A stretch of DNA of 63,838 nt, filler included, from 7 parts of 7 records of this genome joined end to end with filler, not necessarily neighbours in it; one strand, 5' to 3'. Positions 32,401 to 42,960 are shown, counted from the whole stretch's first letter. The notes: generated by a model from the sequence alone, not told the origin. Numbers and translations are program-made.

Positions 32401-35400
32401 CTCCATTATGTTCTCAAGGATGATCCAGCGGCCAAAGCGTACACCATTTTCGAGAGTGCGTAGGAAGTTCGGCTCGGTGAGCTTAATGACCTCAAACCCA
32501 TTCGCTGATGTCTCTTTTGCGAAATTCTTGATGAAACGATTCGCCTGACCTTGTGGGTCGATACACAGCGGCCACCGTCGCGCTGTGCTCATGATGATAC
32601 CGTTCTCGAGTGAATGATTGTCGGTTGGAAGACCAACAATGTTCCACGATCGTAGTTGCACTGGATCCGCAAGCACAGCCATGATGGATGCGTCGTTTGA
32701 GTGAGACACATTCAGTCGCTTGATGTTCTTGAGAATCTCACTGACAATATCTTGGCGGAACGAAGGGGTAAATGCGCCAAGGTAGGCGATAGTGCCTGCA
32801 GCCACGAGCACGTCTCCCACAAGATTGTCGTAAGTGGTTGTTAATGTCCCAACAGTGACAGCCCAGCGCTCTTTCTCATCGGCAAGACCATTAATCAGGA
32901 TGTCAGCACGGGCAAGCCGGTCAGTGCACTGTTTCATCTTGGCCGCCAACTCTTCCTTTTCTGCGTTAGACTTGTTGAAGTTGGCCTCAAGCTGGCCCAA
33001 TCGGTCATTGACAGCATCAAGTTTTGTTTTGGCATCAGCCAACGTTGCCATCGTAACTGCCAACGAGTCCGTGGCTTGCTTAAGCGCTGCTTTCTTGGGC
33101 TCCACCTCTTTGGCCACCGTGTGGTATTTGTACATCGCACGAGCCCACATGCAAACGGCTGTGCAGGCCTTGGATGCTTTGGCGACCATGGCAGGAGTGA
33201 AGTCGGGGTTCTCACAATAGACACCAAGCTTTTCGGCTTTGTTGTCAGGGATGTTGTCCTTGTCAAAAGCGACCAAGTCGTCTAAGAATTTCTTGGGGTT
33301 ATTCAAGATATTCTTCTTCGCTGCTGCCCAATAGTTCTTGACTTTCTGACCCATGTTGACGGGGTCTTTCTCAATCACAGGGCGAACGTCAAACATCAGG
33401 CATGCCACTTCCATCGTCAACTTTACTCCAGACGGTGGCGTTTTCATCGACCCAACCTCGACGATATCGGACTTCTTGAGCAACGACAAGCAGGCAACAG
33501 CTTCGTCGAGAGCAGGCAAAGCCTCGTCCAAGTCACGCTGTGCATCCTCGGCAATAGCTTTCGCCTCTGCGGCCTCAATATTGGCTTGCGCTTCGATTTC
33601 CTCCACCACTGCTTTTGTTTTGCTTGCGTCGACTTTGTCCTTGTCAATCTGGATGATCATCGCCGATACTTCCTCGCTTGTCTTTTTTAACACAGGAGAC
33701 ATTTCGATGATCTGCTCCTTCAGCGTTGACACAGCCTCCTCGGCAAACGAGATTTTATCAAGACCATTTTGGAGCTTGGTTTGTAACCCACCTACTTGGT
33801 CACGCTTCTGCTTGATAACTTTCTTGTACGTGTCCAGTAGCTCGAGGTATGACGTAGGTGTCACGTAGTTATTGCGGTCCAACATGGCCAAGTAGCGTTT
33901 GGAGGCAGAAGCCACGCTTTGGTGGATGTTTTTGAACATTTCGACAACACCGTCAAAATTGTCGCCCAGCTTCATATCTTCCAATCGCATGGACGAGTCG
34001 GCCACGCTCTTGAGGGCCTCATCGGGCCATTCCGAGAACCAGTCAATGGTGCAGCAGTTCACCAGTGACGGGAACATTCGCAAGCGGGTGCGGAAGGCCT
34101 CTCCAATTGGACTCATGCACGTCACAACATGAATGTTGTTGCGGACGCGGTTAATGTACTGGCCAAAAATGTTCAGCTTCGTTGGCGGAATACGCTTCTT
34201 TTGGCAGTCAATACGACAAGTTGAAATGATTTGATCCATTTCTTCAGGTCCATAGAGATTGGGAACATCGCCTGAATTCAAAATGTTGTTCACGTCTTCA
34301 AGCATGGACTCAAACACGATCTGGGTGTCATTGAACAGGAAGACAACTTGCTTGTTGTCAAGACCTGCTTTGAGCAAGCATGTGCGCAGATCTTCGCGCC
34401 ACTGCTGCTGGCCGTAGCCCTTGGCGATCTCGACCTGGTAGCACTCGTACTCAGCCATGAAGGTCGCGAGGCGGGTCAAAGATTGCCGGCCTGAACCACC
34501 GATACCGAGCAACAGGGCGTTGCCCATCGGTTGGCGAATCACACGGGCAATGCGCGAAACATGGCGGATGGCATCTTTGAACATCACCAACAGCATCGGC
34601 GTCTTTGACTCTGCGTTGTAGTCGTTGAGGTACTCTTCGACAGTTGGGATGATTTTGTCTCCGTCCACCTGTGCGTAAATTCGTGGATCCGCGCCAGGAA
34701 TCATGTAGTCACCGTAGAGCAAAAATTCTGGGTCCGACACCACCTCATCGAGCTCCATATTGTTCTCCGTAAATTTGGCACGCATGAAGTCATCGAACCA
34801 ACCACGGTCAGTGTCATTGATGAGTCGGTCGCGAAACACGCGCTGGCATTCGTGCAGCCACAGACGCATCGTATCCTTGGGTGTGATGAGCTTCTTCACA
34901 TCAGTCATCAGCATGCCTTGGAAAATTTTGCCGAGATCACGCAGGTTGAAAGTGTAATGCGGCCGTGACGGCGTAGGGAGAAGGGCGTTGAGAATGGAGT
35001 CGTACAAATTGATGGAACTGGCTGTGAGAAAACCAGTGAGAGCCCCGACTTCCTCCTCACATTGTGAGAGATGGCCGTCAAGAATGGTTGAGAAAATCTT
35101 GGTCATGACTTGCTCGCTCATTTCTGTGTAGCAAAGCACGTTGAAGTGACGGAAGTAACGAGGCGTTACCGGGTTGCGGCCGCCACCCGGTGGCCCGCAA
35201 GCGTTGACGACGATAGTGTCAATGATTGAGCGCCACTTGAGCGTTTTGCGGTCATACCAGCCAGACGCGCACAACAGCTGGCGGAGAAGTTCAATGGGAG
35301 GCTGCGCGCCAAAAATTTCTCGCTGGGGCATGTTGACATCATCAACGAAGACAACGAACTTCTTCCCGGCCATGGGTCCATAGACACCCTTGCGGCGCTT

Positions 35401-38400
35401 TTCGCACTTGCCATCGATGATGTCCTGAGTCATATTCTCAGACGTCTGTGCAGAAAATGTGAACGCAATCGGCACAAACTTTTTGTCCATCTTTTGCAAG
35501 TACGTGCCCACATTGACGGACTTACCAGTCCCCGTAGGACCACACACCAACACATGCATGGAGTTTTGGACCAGCATGTCCATGATGTTGGTGTAACGAA
35601 TCGTGTCTGCTGTTGGGATTATGAGTTCGGAGAAGCTCAGTTTCGGGTTGTGTGCATACGGTTCCACGGTGTCATTCCAGTCCACCCATTTGTTTTGCGT
35701 AGGATCCCAAATGTAGTCGTAGATGGTGCCTTCCTCGGGGAAAGGGTAGCGGAAACCATTTGAAGCGCACTCACGACGCACGAATTCGTCCAATGCTTTA
35801 CGTCCAAATTTGTCGACGGTGCAGCAGACACTCCACACGAACGAGTACATGAAATAGCCATCCAGAGATTCACCAAGGGCTGCAATCTCATCCTTTGTGA
35901 GCTTTTCTTCGCCCTCACCGCGCTTGAACGCCTTAAACTGGCAGTCCATCATCTTGCGCAAACTTGCAGCAAGGTTGTTGTTGACAGTCGGCACTGGCTC
36001 CGTGAGTGCGCGGCGCAGGAAAAACAATGTGGGCTCGAGGAAAGTGTCGGTGAGCTGACGCAGCTTTGCCTTATGCGCTTTCGTGAAACCTTTGGGCAGT
36101 TGAGCAAGCCACGAGTACATCGCACAGTCAAGGCCCAAGGCCGATGGCTCCATGTAGATCATGCCACAGCGACTGACGGTTGCGGGGGACGCCACTGACA
36201 GATCCGCAGGCTCAAACATCATCGTCATGGGAGCTGACAGAGCGACGATCTCGCCTGAGTTAAGGCACAGCTTCTTGTTGTCATCCAATACGGTGTTCAT
36301 GCTTTCGATCCAGAGTGTGTCCACAGGGCCATCAAAGAGCATCCACTTTAAGTCATCGTCGTCCTGCTTGACACACACACGGATAAGGTTGGCCAAGACG
36401 CCATCCTGCCATTCGTGCGTTGAGGGGTCAAACGACCCATAAAGCTGGCCCATGGTGATGGATTTCGGGTTGATATACCGAACCCACACGTTCTCGTAAC
36501 GTTCGCCTTTAATGCCACGCTTTTTCAGGAGCGACAAAGCATCGGCGAGCACATAGATGTTGTTCGATTTACCTCCACCGGTGGGGCCAACGACCATAAG
36601 GCCATGCCGAACCACAATCATCTCGTAAAGCTGGATGACCTTGTCGACGAACCACGGCACAGGCTGCAAACCTCGCTTGTCAGTGATGTAGCGGATGGCA
36701 GCATCCAGAGACCCGTAGTTCACCTGTGGTTTGGTCTTGCCGGGGAACAAGTCGCCCATGATACCCTCAAACAGAGGAAGGTCATGCGACAGGAACTTCG
36801 GTAAGTTCACGTCGATCAAGCCACGCAGCATGAGCTCTTCTTCGTCGCAGTCAGGGTCAGCACGTTTGAGATTACCAGCAGCAACAATGACAGTTTTCAC
36901 GGCACGCATGCCGTAATCATAGTGATCCTGGGATGAAAGCTGCTCAGAGCACAGACGGAAGGTAGCAACCATCTTCTTGGCACAAGAGCGGGAGTCACCG
37001 TAGCCGTAGGCAAAGAGCATAATTTCTCCGATCAGCGCATAGTCTGGAACCATCATGGCAACAGGACGGAACAGTGCCTTTAGATTGTCGGGAAGCTCGG
37101 TACGTCCAGCATAGCCTGGGTTCATGGTGATGAAAACAGCAAAAGCTCCATCCAAGGCGATGTCAGTGTCTTCAAAAATGATGCGCTCCTTTCGTTGGAA
37201 TACTCCCTCTTGCAGCGTCATGATCTGCTGGGCAATAACTGACAATACCTCGATGTGGATGCGATTAAACTCGTCGAAGCAGCACCATGCACCACAGGAT
37301 GCCAGGCCTTTGAAAAATTTGCCAGTCATCTTGTAGTCCATGCCATCCGAGCAGTTGAACACCACACATTGTTTAGCCAGGGCCTTAGCAAGATCTTTCG
37401 TGGTCTCAGTCTTGCCGGTTCCAGCCGGCCCTGCAGGGGCGCCGCCCAGAATTTGTTCCAGAGCTCCCATGAGAGTGAGGTAGCATTTATCAGTAAGAGG
37501 CGTAATCACGAGACGGAAGCTGTTGCCAAGGTACTCGTACGCGTAGCGGCGAATGGACGTGACCATGATACCGTACAAATCTCCCTCGGTAGTAATGTCA
37601 GCCAGCGTACCTTCCTCTTCTTTGGCAAATTTGGAGTCCAAGACAGACGTGCCGGGAGCAACCATCCAGTAAAAACGCATTTGACTGATCCATTCGAAGG
37701 CTCCCTTGTCTGCGACACCAAGTTCAACGAGGTTGATTGTGACATCGCGAGCGTGAACATCCATAACAGTGAGAGCACCAATCGAGTTTCGCGCAAGCTT
37801 CGGAAGGTACCCGCGCACCAACACGACCATGTCCGCGAGCTGCGACTTTTGGAGCTCCAGCGCTTCCTTAACGCCTTCGGCACCCTTAGCGGCCATCTGA
37901 TCTTCCATCATTCGCGTCCAGTGATTCATGGAGCAATTGATGACGCACATGCCCGGCCAAACCTGCATCCATTTGGTACGCTTCGTGACAGTGTAGTCAA
38001 TGATCGCCTTGTAAACTTGGCTTTTGACGGAAGCTTTCATTCCAGTCTCCAAATCAGTCATCCAGTCCTCGACATTACGGCCGACGGGGTTGATAGGGTC
38101 AATGAAGGCGATGACTTCTTTCTCCCTCGACACCATTTCGGTGATTTGCAAGTCTTCATCGAAGGTCACGCGCTGCATTGCCTCGAAGCACTTTTTAAGG
38201 TGAGGTTGCACCTTGTGAGGATCTTTGGTCTCAGACAAAATCTCAAGAAGCTCATCATTGGACAGAAAGTAGAATCGTGAAAACGCTGCGCGCTTCGTCT
38301 CGAGGTAGTCGGACAACCCCTTTTGAACGAGATCAAGGAACTTGTTTGACTCTTGGAACTTTTCGTACAGTTTGCTGCTGTTGCAGAATTTGATTGCCAG

Positions 38401-41400
38401 CGGGCTTTTTTCCGCCGCAGACAGAGTGCTGCGCCAGTTGCGGTCGACAGTGATGAAACGCTTGGCCTCGGTGGGAAGTTGTTTCTGGATGTCGTCCGAA
38501 TCAAAAATGGGCTGCAGGTACAACCACGAGCGCTGCACAGCCAGCCACTCCTCAATGACTTCCGACACGCAGGAGAGGGTCTTGTCCCAGTCCGCGATCC
38601 GCTCCTCGAAAGGTTTCTTGAAAGACGAGAAAGACATAGCCTGAGTCATGGTGATGTGCTCGTCAAGAAGCGCCATCAGCTCATCGGCACCGCGCAGGAC
38701 TGACGTCCCAGTTTCCTTGTAAGGGACGATCTCCAAGTTCATCGATTTCCATTCCTCCACCATCTTGTCCAGGGCCAGCTCGATTTGGTACTCTTTGGCC
38801 GCTTGTTCACCAATCTTTTCACAGGTTTCGGCCTGCTCCACGAGGCCCATGTCGATGATGGTTTGCAAAGAGAACGAATCATCCGGCTGGATAACCTTGT
38901 TGATCTTAACGCTCAGGTCCTTCCAATGACGATCGCGCATGCCAGGGTTGCGCAGCGCCACGACGACTGGCCCATAGGGGCGGAAAGCATCAACCTCCAC
39001 TTTAAGCTTCTTGGCAATGTCGGCGCAGCTGTGCTGGCCCTTCTTAGAGAACGCCTTCTCGCACTTCACAAGCTTGCGGTAGTATTCATTGACATCCTTT
39101 TCAAGTGACTCCGCGTCGATGTCAGTGAATTTTCCATGCATCCAAGCCTCGTGGTTGGAAGCCCAGCTGGCAGCGGTTGACCACAGGAACTCGAATGGTT
39201 CAAATTCACGTTGGATCTGCGAAATTTGTCCGTACTCAGTGATGTCGGCATCAAAGAGTGCCTCGCGCGAGTTGAACACTGCTGCGTCATTCTTGAATGT
39301 CTCGATCTTTTCCTTGATCTCGTTGACATACTGAGACACTTGCACAACCTTGGCAGGGTCATTGAAGCGCTCCAACCGTGATACTTCAGACGCTAGCGAG
39401 GTCAGATTCTCCTCAAACAGCTGCTGCTCCGTCTTCATGTCGTTCATGTAGGCTTGGCGTTTCTCGGCGTTCTCCTCTTCGAGCTCATGGATGCGGTCGT
39501 CGATTTTCTTTGGGAAGCCGAAAAGGTTCCAGCGAGCGACGAAGTCCCGCTTGGGCAAGTAGAAACCAAAGCCCTCCAAAATGTCGAACTCACGAAGCAT
39601 TTGCTCTGATCCGGTTGCCTGCTCTTCCATGACTTTTGGCACTTCTTTCATGTACTCCTCCATGGCGCTGAGTTGTTCAATGGTGGTGACGGGCTTTTGC
39701 AAGTTGCGTGAAACCTGTTCGTACTTTTGCGTGAAGGACAAGGCAGCTTCGCCAACGCGAGACGCGAACATGTTGAGCATGTGATCGGCAATCTTGGTGT
39801 GCTTCTCGGCCAGTTGTTGCTGAATCTTTTTGCAGTTCACGGTAAAGAGGTTGACGGGCATGCTCGCGGGAATATCGTCCCGCAGCTTCTTGGCAAGCTC
39901 GCGGTGTTCCGTTACGAGCTGTCGCAGCTGGCCCAGAAGACCCAAATAGTCCAAAGACGCGTGCTCATCATCTTGCGTAAACTTTGCGATCAGGTTTTTG
40001 GACATTTCCTCAACGTCTAGCTTCACAACATCGTTGTATCGCTCGTATGTCTTTGCGTAATCCAGCACGGGTTTGCAGCAGTCTGCGATGTACTCAGAGA
40101 CTCGATCCAGGATTGCGCTTGGCAACGCTTCGCCTTTCTCGACGGTGGAAAGTACAGGCGTCTCGCTCCAGAACAAGCGATTCATGACACGTCGTTCTAC
40201 CTGAACAATCCCTTTCACACCTTCCAGGCCAGCTGCAAAAGAATCCTTAAAAGCAGTCAAGAACTCTTCCGGTGCGGTAGCAAGCTCGATGCTTCCGCTA
40301 TCGTTATTGATCTCGAGATCAACCACAAAGAGCGGCGAGGACTTGTTGCGAGAAAGCACTAGTTCACCGAAAGCCTGGATGCTGGATTCCACCATTGAGC
40401 GGAGACTGTCCTCCATTTTGAAGTTTGCGAGTGCAAAAAGGTTCTTGAGCTTGGACATGTTGTACATGTCACGGTTGGTTTCGTCCAATTTGAACCAGCC
40501 TTTGGTCACTGTGCCCAGCTCAGTCTCAAAGTGCTTTTTGATTGCGGAGCACCACTTGTCATTGACGAAGCCGACTGCGTCCTTCAAGTACCCAGCCTGC
40601 TGCCCAAGGAACTCTGTGATGTGCTGGGGCTGAGAAATGTCCACGCTGAAGAGGCCGATATTGAGCAACCCCCCGCACGAGTCTGCGACTTTCTCAATCA
40701 CAGCGCACGTTTCTGGCCGCCCCATCAGCGTCTGGAACGAGAAACTTTTCAGCTGCGACGCAAAGTCTGGCGGTTCGTCCACATGAACATCCTGCTCTGC
40801 GAGTTGCAGCGGCACCGTTCCTGTCGCAGGGGGAAGCGGTTTTTCGTCCGTGCGTGCAGGAAGTTCGGGGAAAACTCCGTCTTGCGCGTTCATATCAAAA
40901 ATAATCTTGTTCATCGTTCTGGAGTAGTCCAAGTTGACCTCGCTTATTAGCGAGCGCGTGTCCAAAGCTTCTTTGCTCCCAAGCTGTGCAGTGCGGAAAG
41001 CCAATGCCAGGACTCGGTTCAACTGATCACTGTCGAGCGGGGGGATATCGTCTGTTGGCATGCAATCCACGTAGAGGTTGTAGCGAATTGTATCCATTGC
41101 ATGCCGACGGCCGGCGTATGCCGCGGCCACGCGATCAGCGTACACAAATGGGTCCTCTGAAGCGAAGCAGATGTCGAGGCGCGGAACCTGACCCCGTGTG
41201 TCCGAAGACTCCCATTCCACGGTGAAGTTTGCAGAGTCAGCGTTGTAACCAGTGACACGCGCAGGCTCAAATGCTTTTCCGTCACGAAGCGCTTTGGCGG
41301 GCACAGGCTGCGCACCAGCAGAGTCGCCCGCGCCGACCGTGAGCCACTGTGCGGGGTTTTTGTAACGCTCGAACTGCAGGTCGTCGAACACGGCCAGGGG

Positions 41401-41787
41401 CAACTCGTTTGAGAAAGGTTTGCCCTCGAACGTGCCGGCAGCCAAATCAATCCCGCGCTCTGCGAAAAGTTCAACGAGGTTCACGTTCTTATACGCCCGT
41501 CGCTTCCTTTCCACAAGGACCTCACGCGGTGCTCCATCGTTCGACTGGAACGGAGCGTTGATCTGCGGCTGCACGGCGGCGCTGGATGATCCGGAACCAC
41601 CAGCAGCTCCGCCCGCCTGCTGCTTTCGTCGGTGTCGCCGCGATGTTTTTTTCTCGCCAGCAAAGACGGAGCCTTGAGGTCGCTGCACGCCACGAGCAGG
41701 CTGTTGCTGTTGCTCTTCCACGACTTCAGCATAAATGTCGTCGAGCTTCCCAGCCGACTTCGTCTTCGTCTTCTTCGCAGACGGCAT
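29413..41787 (-). CDS. Axonemal inner-arm dynein heavy chain, DNAH1-like, intronless
   Basis: Four P-loops (GPAGTGKT, GPTGGGKS, GPTGTGKS, GIGGSGRQ), CFDEFNRI, QDHYDYGMRAVK, stalk/MTBD, LSTTGHSTNFV C-terminus. The N-terminal PREVLVERKRRAY resembles DNAH1. First ATG at 41787. Confidence 0.95.
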   Translation of the reverse strand: MPSAKKTKTKSAGKLDDIYAEVVEEQQQQPARGVQRPQGSVFAGEKKTSRRHRRKQQAGGAAGGSGSSSAAVQPQINAPFQSNDGAPREVLVERKRRAYKNVNLVELFAERGIDLAAGTFEGKPFSNELPLAVFDDLQFERYKNPAQWLTVGAGDSAGAQPVPAKALRDGKAFEPARVTGYNADSANFTVEWESSDTRGQVPRLDICFASEDPFVYADRVAAAYAGRRHAMDTIRYNLYVDCMPTDDIPPLDSDQLNRVLALAFRTAQLGSKEALDTRSLISEVNLDYSRTMNKIIFDMNAQDGVFPELPARTDEKPLPPATGTVPLQLAEQDVHVDEPPDFASQLKSFSFQTLMGRPETCAVIEKVADSCGGLLNIGLFSVDISQPQHITEFLGQQAGYLKDAVGFVNDKWCSAIKKHFETELGTVTKGWFKLDETNRDMYNMSKLKNLFALANFKMEDSLRSMVESSIQAFGELVLSRNKSSPLFVVDLEINNDSGSIELATAPEEFLTAFKDSFAAGLEGVKGIVQVERRVMNRLFWSETPVLSTVEKGEALPSAILDRVSEYIADCCKPVLDYAKTYERYNDVVKLDVEEMSKNLIAKFTQDDEHASLDYLGLLGQLRQLVTEHRELAKKLRDDIPASMPVNLFTVNCKKIQQQLAEKHTKIADHMLNMFASRVGEAALSFTQKYEQVSRNLQKPVTTIEQLSAMEEYMKEVPKVMEEQATGSEQMLREFDILEGFGFYLPKRDFVARWNLFGFPKKIDDRIHELEEENAEKRQAYMNDMKTEQQLFEENLTSLASEVSRLERFNDPAKVVQVSQYVNEIKEKIETFKNDAAVFNSREALFDADITEYGQISQIQREFEPFEFLWSTAASWASNHEAWMHGKFTDIDAESLEKDVNEYYRKLVKCEKAFSKKGQHSCADIAKKLKVEVDAFRPYGPVVVALRNPGMRDRHWKDLSVKINKVIQPDDSFSLQTIIDMGLVEQAETCEKIGEQAAKEYQIELALDKMVEEWKSMNLEIVPYKETGTSVLRGADELMALLDEHITMTQAMSFSSFKKPFEERIADWDKTLSCVSEVIEEWLAVQRSWLYLQPIFDSDDIQKQLPTEAKRFITVDRNWRSTLSAAEKSPLAIKFCNSSKLYEKFQESNKFLDLVQKGLSDYLETKRAAFSRFYFLSNDELLEILSETKDPHKVQPHLKKCFEAMQRVTFDEDLQITEMVSREKEVIAFIDPINPVGRNVEDWMTDLETGMKASVKSQVYKAIIDYTVTKRTKWMQVWPGMCVINCSMNHWTRMMEDQMAAKGAEGVKEALELQKSQLADMVVLVRGYLPKLARNSIGALTVMDVHARDVTINLVELGVADKGAFEWISQMRFYWMVAPGTSVLDSKFAKEEEGTLADITTEGDLYGIMVTSIRRYAYEYLGNSFRLVITPLTDKCYLTLMGALEQILGGAPAGPAGTGKTETTKDLAKALAKQCVVFNCSDGMDYKMTGKFFKGLASCGAWCCFDEFNRIHIEVLSVIAQQIMTLQEGVFQRKERIIFEDTDIALDGAFAVFITMNPGYAGRTELPDNLKALFRPVAMMVPDYALIGEIMLFAYGYGDSRSCAKKMVATFRLCSEQLSSQDHYDYGMRAVKTVIVAAGNLKRADPDCDEEELMLRGLIDVNLPKFLSHDLPLFEGIMGDLFPGKTKPQVNYGSLDAAIRYITDKRGLQPVPWFVDKVIQLYEMIVVRHGLMVVGPTGGGKSNNIYVLADALSLLKKRGIKGERYENVWVRYINPKSITMGQLYGSFDPSTHEWQDGVLANLIRVCVKQDDDDLKWMLFDGPVDTLWIESMNTVLDDNKKLCLNSGEIVALSAPMTMMFEPADLSVASPATVSRCGMIYMEPSALGLDCAMYSWLAQLPKGFTKAHKAKLRQLTDTFLEPTLFFLRRALTEPVPTVNNNLAASLRKMMDCQFKAFKRGEGEEKLTKDEIAALGESLDGYFMYSFVWSVCCTVDKFGRKALDEFVRRECASNGFRYPFPEEGTIYDYIWDPTQNKWVDWNDTVEPYAHNPKLSFSELIIPTADTIRYTNIMDMLVQNSMHVLVCGPTGTGKSVNVGTYLQKMDKKFVPIAFTFSAQTSENMTQDIIDGKCEKRRKGVYGPMAGKKFVVFVDDVNMPQREIFGAQPPIELLRQLLCASGWYDRKTLKWRSIIDTIVVNACGPPGGGRNPVTPRYFRHFNVLCYTEMSEQVMTKIFSTILDGHLSQCEEEVGALTGFLTASSINLYDSILNALLPTPSRPHYTFNLRDLGKIFQGMLMTDVKKLITPKDTMRLWLHECQRVFRDRLINDTDRGWFDDFMRAKFTENNMELDEVVSDPEFLLYGDYMIPGADPRIYAQVDGDKIIPTVEEYLNDYNAESKTPMLLVMFKDAIRHVSRIARVIRQPMGNALLLGIGGSGRQSLTRLATFMAEYECYQVEIAKGYGQQQWREDLRTCLLKAGLDNKQVVFLFNDTQIVFESMLEDVNNILNSGDVPNLYGPEEMDQIISTCRIDCQKKRIPPTKLNIFGQYINRVRNNIHVVTCMSPIGEAFRTRLRMFPSLVNCCTIDWFSEWPDEALKSVADSSMRLEDMKLGDNFDGVVEMFKNIHQSVASASKRYLAMLDRNNYVTPTSYLELLDTYKKVIKQKRDQVGGLQTKLQNGLDKISFAEEAVSTLKEQIIEMSPVLKKTSEEVSAMIIQIDKDKVDASKTKAVVEEIEAQANIEAAEAKAIAEDAQRDLDEALPALDEAVACLSLLKKSDIVEVGSMKTPPSGVKLTMEVACLMFDVRPVIEKDPVNMGQKVKNYWAAAKKNILNNPKKFLDDLVAFDKDNIPDNKAEKLGVYCENPDFTPAMVAKASKACTAVCMWARAMYKYHTVAKEVEPKKAALKQATDSLAVTMATLADAKTKLDAVNDRLGQLEANFNKSNAEKEELAAKMKQCTDRLARADILINGLADEKERWAVTVGTLTTTYDNLVGDVLVAAGTIAYLGAFTPSFRQDIVSEILKNIKRLNVSHSNDASIMAVLADPVQLRSWNIVGLPTDNHSLENGIIMSTARRWPLCIDPQGQANRFIKNFAKETSANGFEVIKLTEPNFLRTLENGVRFGRWIILENIMEELDAALEPLLLQQKFRQGGTEMIKVGDSVIPWNDQFRFFMTTKLPNPHYPPEVCVKVSLLNFTITLGGLEDQLLGVTIREERPDLEEQKNGLVVSNAKMAKQLKDLEDMILQLLSNSKGNILDDFELIEALGQSKKTAKEIDEKMAEAAIAEKEIDSVREEYRPCAFRGSLLYFCIADLAKIDPMYQYSLEWFTRLYAKGCQDSEQNPDLAVRKLSLIDYFTFSLYKNICRSLFEKHKLLFSFMMCIKIQQGNDEIDPLEWRFLISGMAPDKVTAANPDPSWIVERSWSEIVGLATLPAFKGLAETFDATAWKKFYDSDTPQEEEYPGEWNKMNSFRKMCLLRTVRPDKVMPAVLSYVVEQMGKRFVEPPPFDVNGSYEDSSCTSPLVFVLTAGSDPTKMVYAFAEEMRCKVGGLSLGQGQDTKAEKMIAEGIQNGSWVFLQNCHLYVSWMDKLEVLVEEINPDTCHKNFRLWLTSMPSLAFPVAILQNGVKMTLEPPAGLRANLKNAYFKLDDDKLNVTTKPGVFKKLLFALCFFHASVQDRRKYGPLGWNCPYEFNDTDLEISKSQVERFLDAYEEPPFKVLHFLTSYVNYGGRVTDYIDLRTIHVLLLDLFNPKVLIDDYKFSASGVYRSIAFDEDSPHQSYVDYIESLPLTSDPEAFGLHQNADIICAETETTEAFETILSLQPKAVGGKGMSREDIISDICKGIEDRMYPPFDTEAVSMSYPLTYNQCMNTVLLQECMRYNGLLKEMTRTLPLLRKALKGLVTMSQELEAMGDKLFVGGIPANWEANAYPSLKPLGPWVDELMDRLAFLNDWIDNGVPACYWVPGFYFPQAFFTGVQQNYARKYTVAIDTVSFNVRVQNELTRKDLEDAGKYASPEDGCLIWGLWLEGARWNSEIHSIDDSLPKQLYTRLPMIHMDPQSNRPPTEKGIYRLPVYKTLLRRGTLSTTGHSTNFVMWMEIPSNRAEFRNNLNQVDQDTWIRAGVGAFCALRY

Positions 41788-42290
41788 TGTGGAAGGCGTA
41801 GGCGTAGGCTGCTTTGAAAGCGAGGCCCCGCTCACACTCGAACGCCAAAGACAGCCCCAAGATCACGAGAAGCGGGGAGCACACGGGGTGGCGGGGAAGG
41901 ACAGGGAAAAAAAATAAAATATGTTTTTGTAATCACGGGACTCTCCTGCAAGCACCTTCCAAGTGCGAAAAATAACACAAAAAAAAATTACCCCGAATAA
42001 AAAAAAGCGCCGGATGAAAAGAAAAGAAAAGAAAACAGAAGAGAATCAACCACCGCCACCAAAAAAAAAAAGACAAACCAATCTCCCACACGGATTCGCT
42101 CGTCACTCAAGGCACAACCCAGAACAACACTCACCTCACGTAGCAGCAGCACGACCACACGGCTGTCAGTCACCAGCAGCAACGCCTTCGGGTGTGAGTG
42201 AACACGAAAGCGTGTTGTATGCGAGCAAGCACGTGGGGAAGAATGAGAGTGAGCAATGAATGAACGCGAGAAAGACAAAGCAAGCGAGAG

Positions 42291-42315
42291 ATGAGTGAGT
42301 GAGTGAGTGAGTGAG
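42291..42315. repeat. (GAGT)n microsatellite at contig end; the same unit ends the window at ~63815-63838
   Basis: atgagtgagtgagtgagtgagtgag. Confidence 0.9.
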
Positions 42316-42416
42316 NNNNNNNNNNNNNNNNNNNNNNNNNNNNNNNNNNNNNNNNNNNNTTAATTAATTAANNNNNNNNNNNNNNNNNNNNNNNNNNNNN
42401 NNNNNNNNNNNNNNNT

Positions 42417-42455
42417 GGAGATGCACCAGCAGCAGAAGAGTCTTCTGAATCTTAA
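42417..42455 (+). CDS. C-terminal fragment of a CDS, probably 50S ribosomal protein L25/Ctc
   Basis: GDAPAAEESSES-stop acidic tail followed by a terminator. rplY commonly lies upstream of pth, so this call rests on synteny only. Confidence 0.45.
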   Translation, partial: GDAPAAEESSES

Positions 42456-42477
42456 AATTCTCAAAACTTTTAATTTT

Positions 42478-42507
42478 AATCCCGACCTTCGCGTCGGGAT
42501 TTTTTTT
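42478..42507 (+). terminator. Intrinsic terminator
   Basis: AATCCCGAC-cttcgc-GTCGGGATT followed by a T tract. Confidence 0.85.
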
Positions 42508-42516
42508 GTCTTAAGA

Positions 42517-42960
42517 ATGGATTTTAAAAGGGTGACATTGTCAGATTATCAACTCTGCATGAAAATGATGAGGGATTTCTACGCTATTGATAATTATCCA
42601 TTTTCTGAATCGAAAGCAAAACACTGTTTTGACGAAATTGTCCACAATGATCATTTGGGACATTTCTGGCTTTTGTATCATAACGGATTACCAATTGGAT
42701 ATATCATTCTCACATTCGGTTTCAGTTTTGAGTATGGAGGAATGGATGCATTCATTGATGAGTTTTATATTATTGAAAGTGAACGAGGAAAGGGTCATGG
42801 CGCTGCTACTCTGGAGAAGTTGAAAGAAAAAGCCAAACAGCTTGGAGTTAAAGCGATTCATTTAGAAGTAGAAAAAACAAATCAGGTTGGTAATAAACTC
42901 TATCATCGTTCTGGGTTTATAGGAAACGATCGAACACTTTTAACACAAAGAATAGATTAA
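42517..42960 (+). CDS. GNAT family N-acetyltransferase
   Basis: GFSFEYGG, IDEFYI, RGKGHG acetyl-CoA motif, LEVEKTN...LY...GF. Start placed after the terminator. Confidence 0.88.
   Translation: MDFKRVTLSDYQLCMKMMRDFYAIDNYPFSESKAKHCFDEIVHNDHLGHFWLLYHNGLPIGYIILTFGFSFEYGGMDAFIDEFYIIESERGKGHGAATLEKLKEKAKQLGVKAIHLEVEKTNQVGNKLYHRSGFIGNDRTLLTQRID

Noticed and set aside
42421-42516. N-terminal extension of the GNAT ORF
   Set aside because: It runs through the upstream gene's tail and an intrinsic terminator. The real start is most likely 42517.
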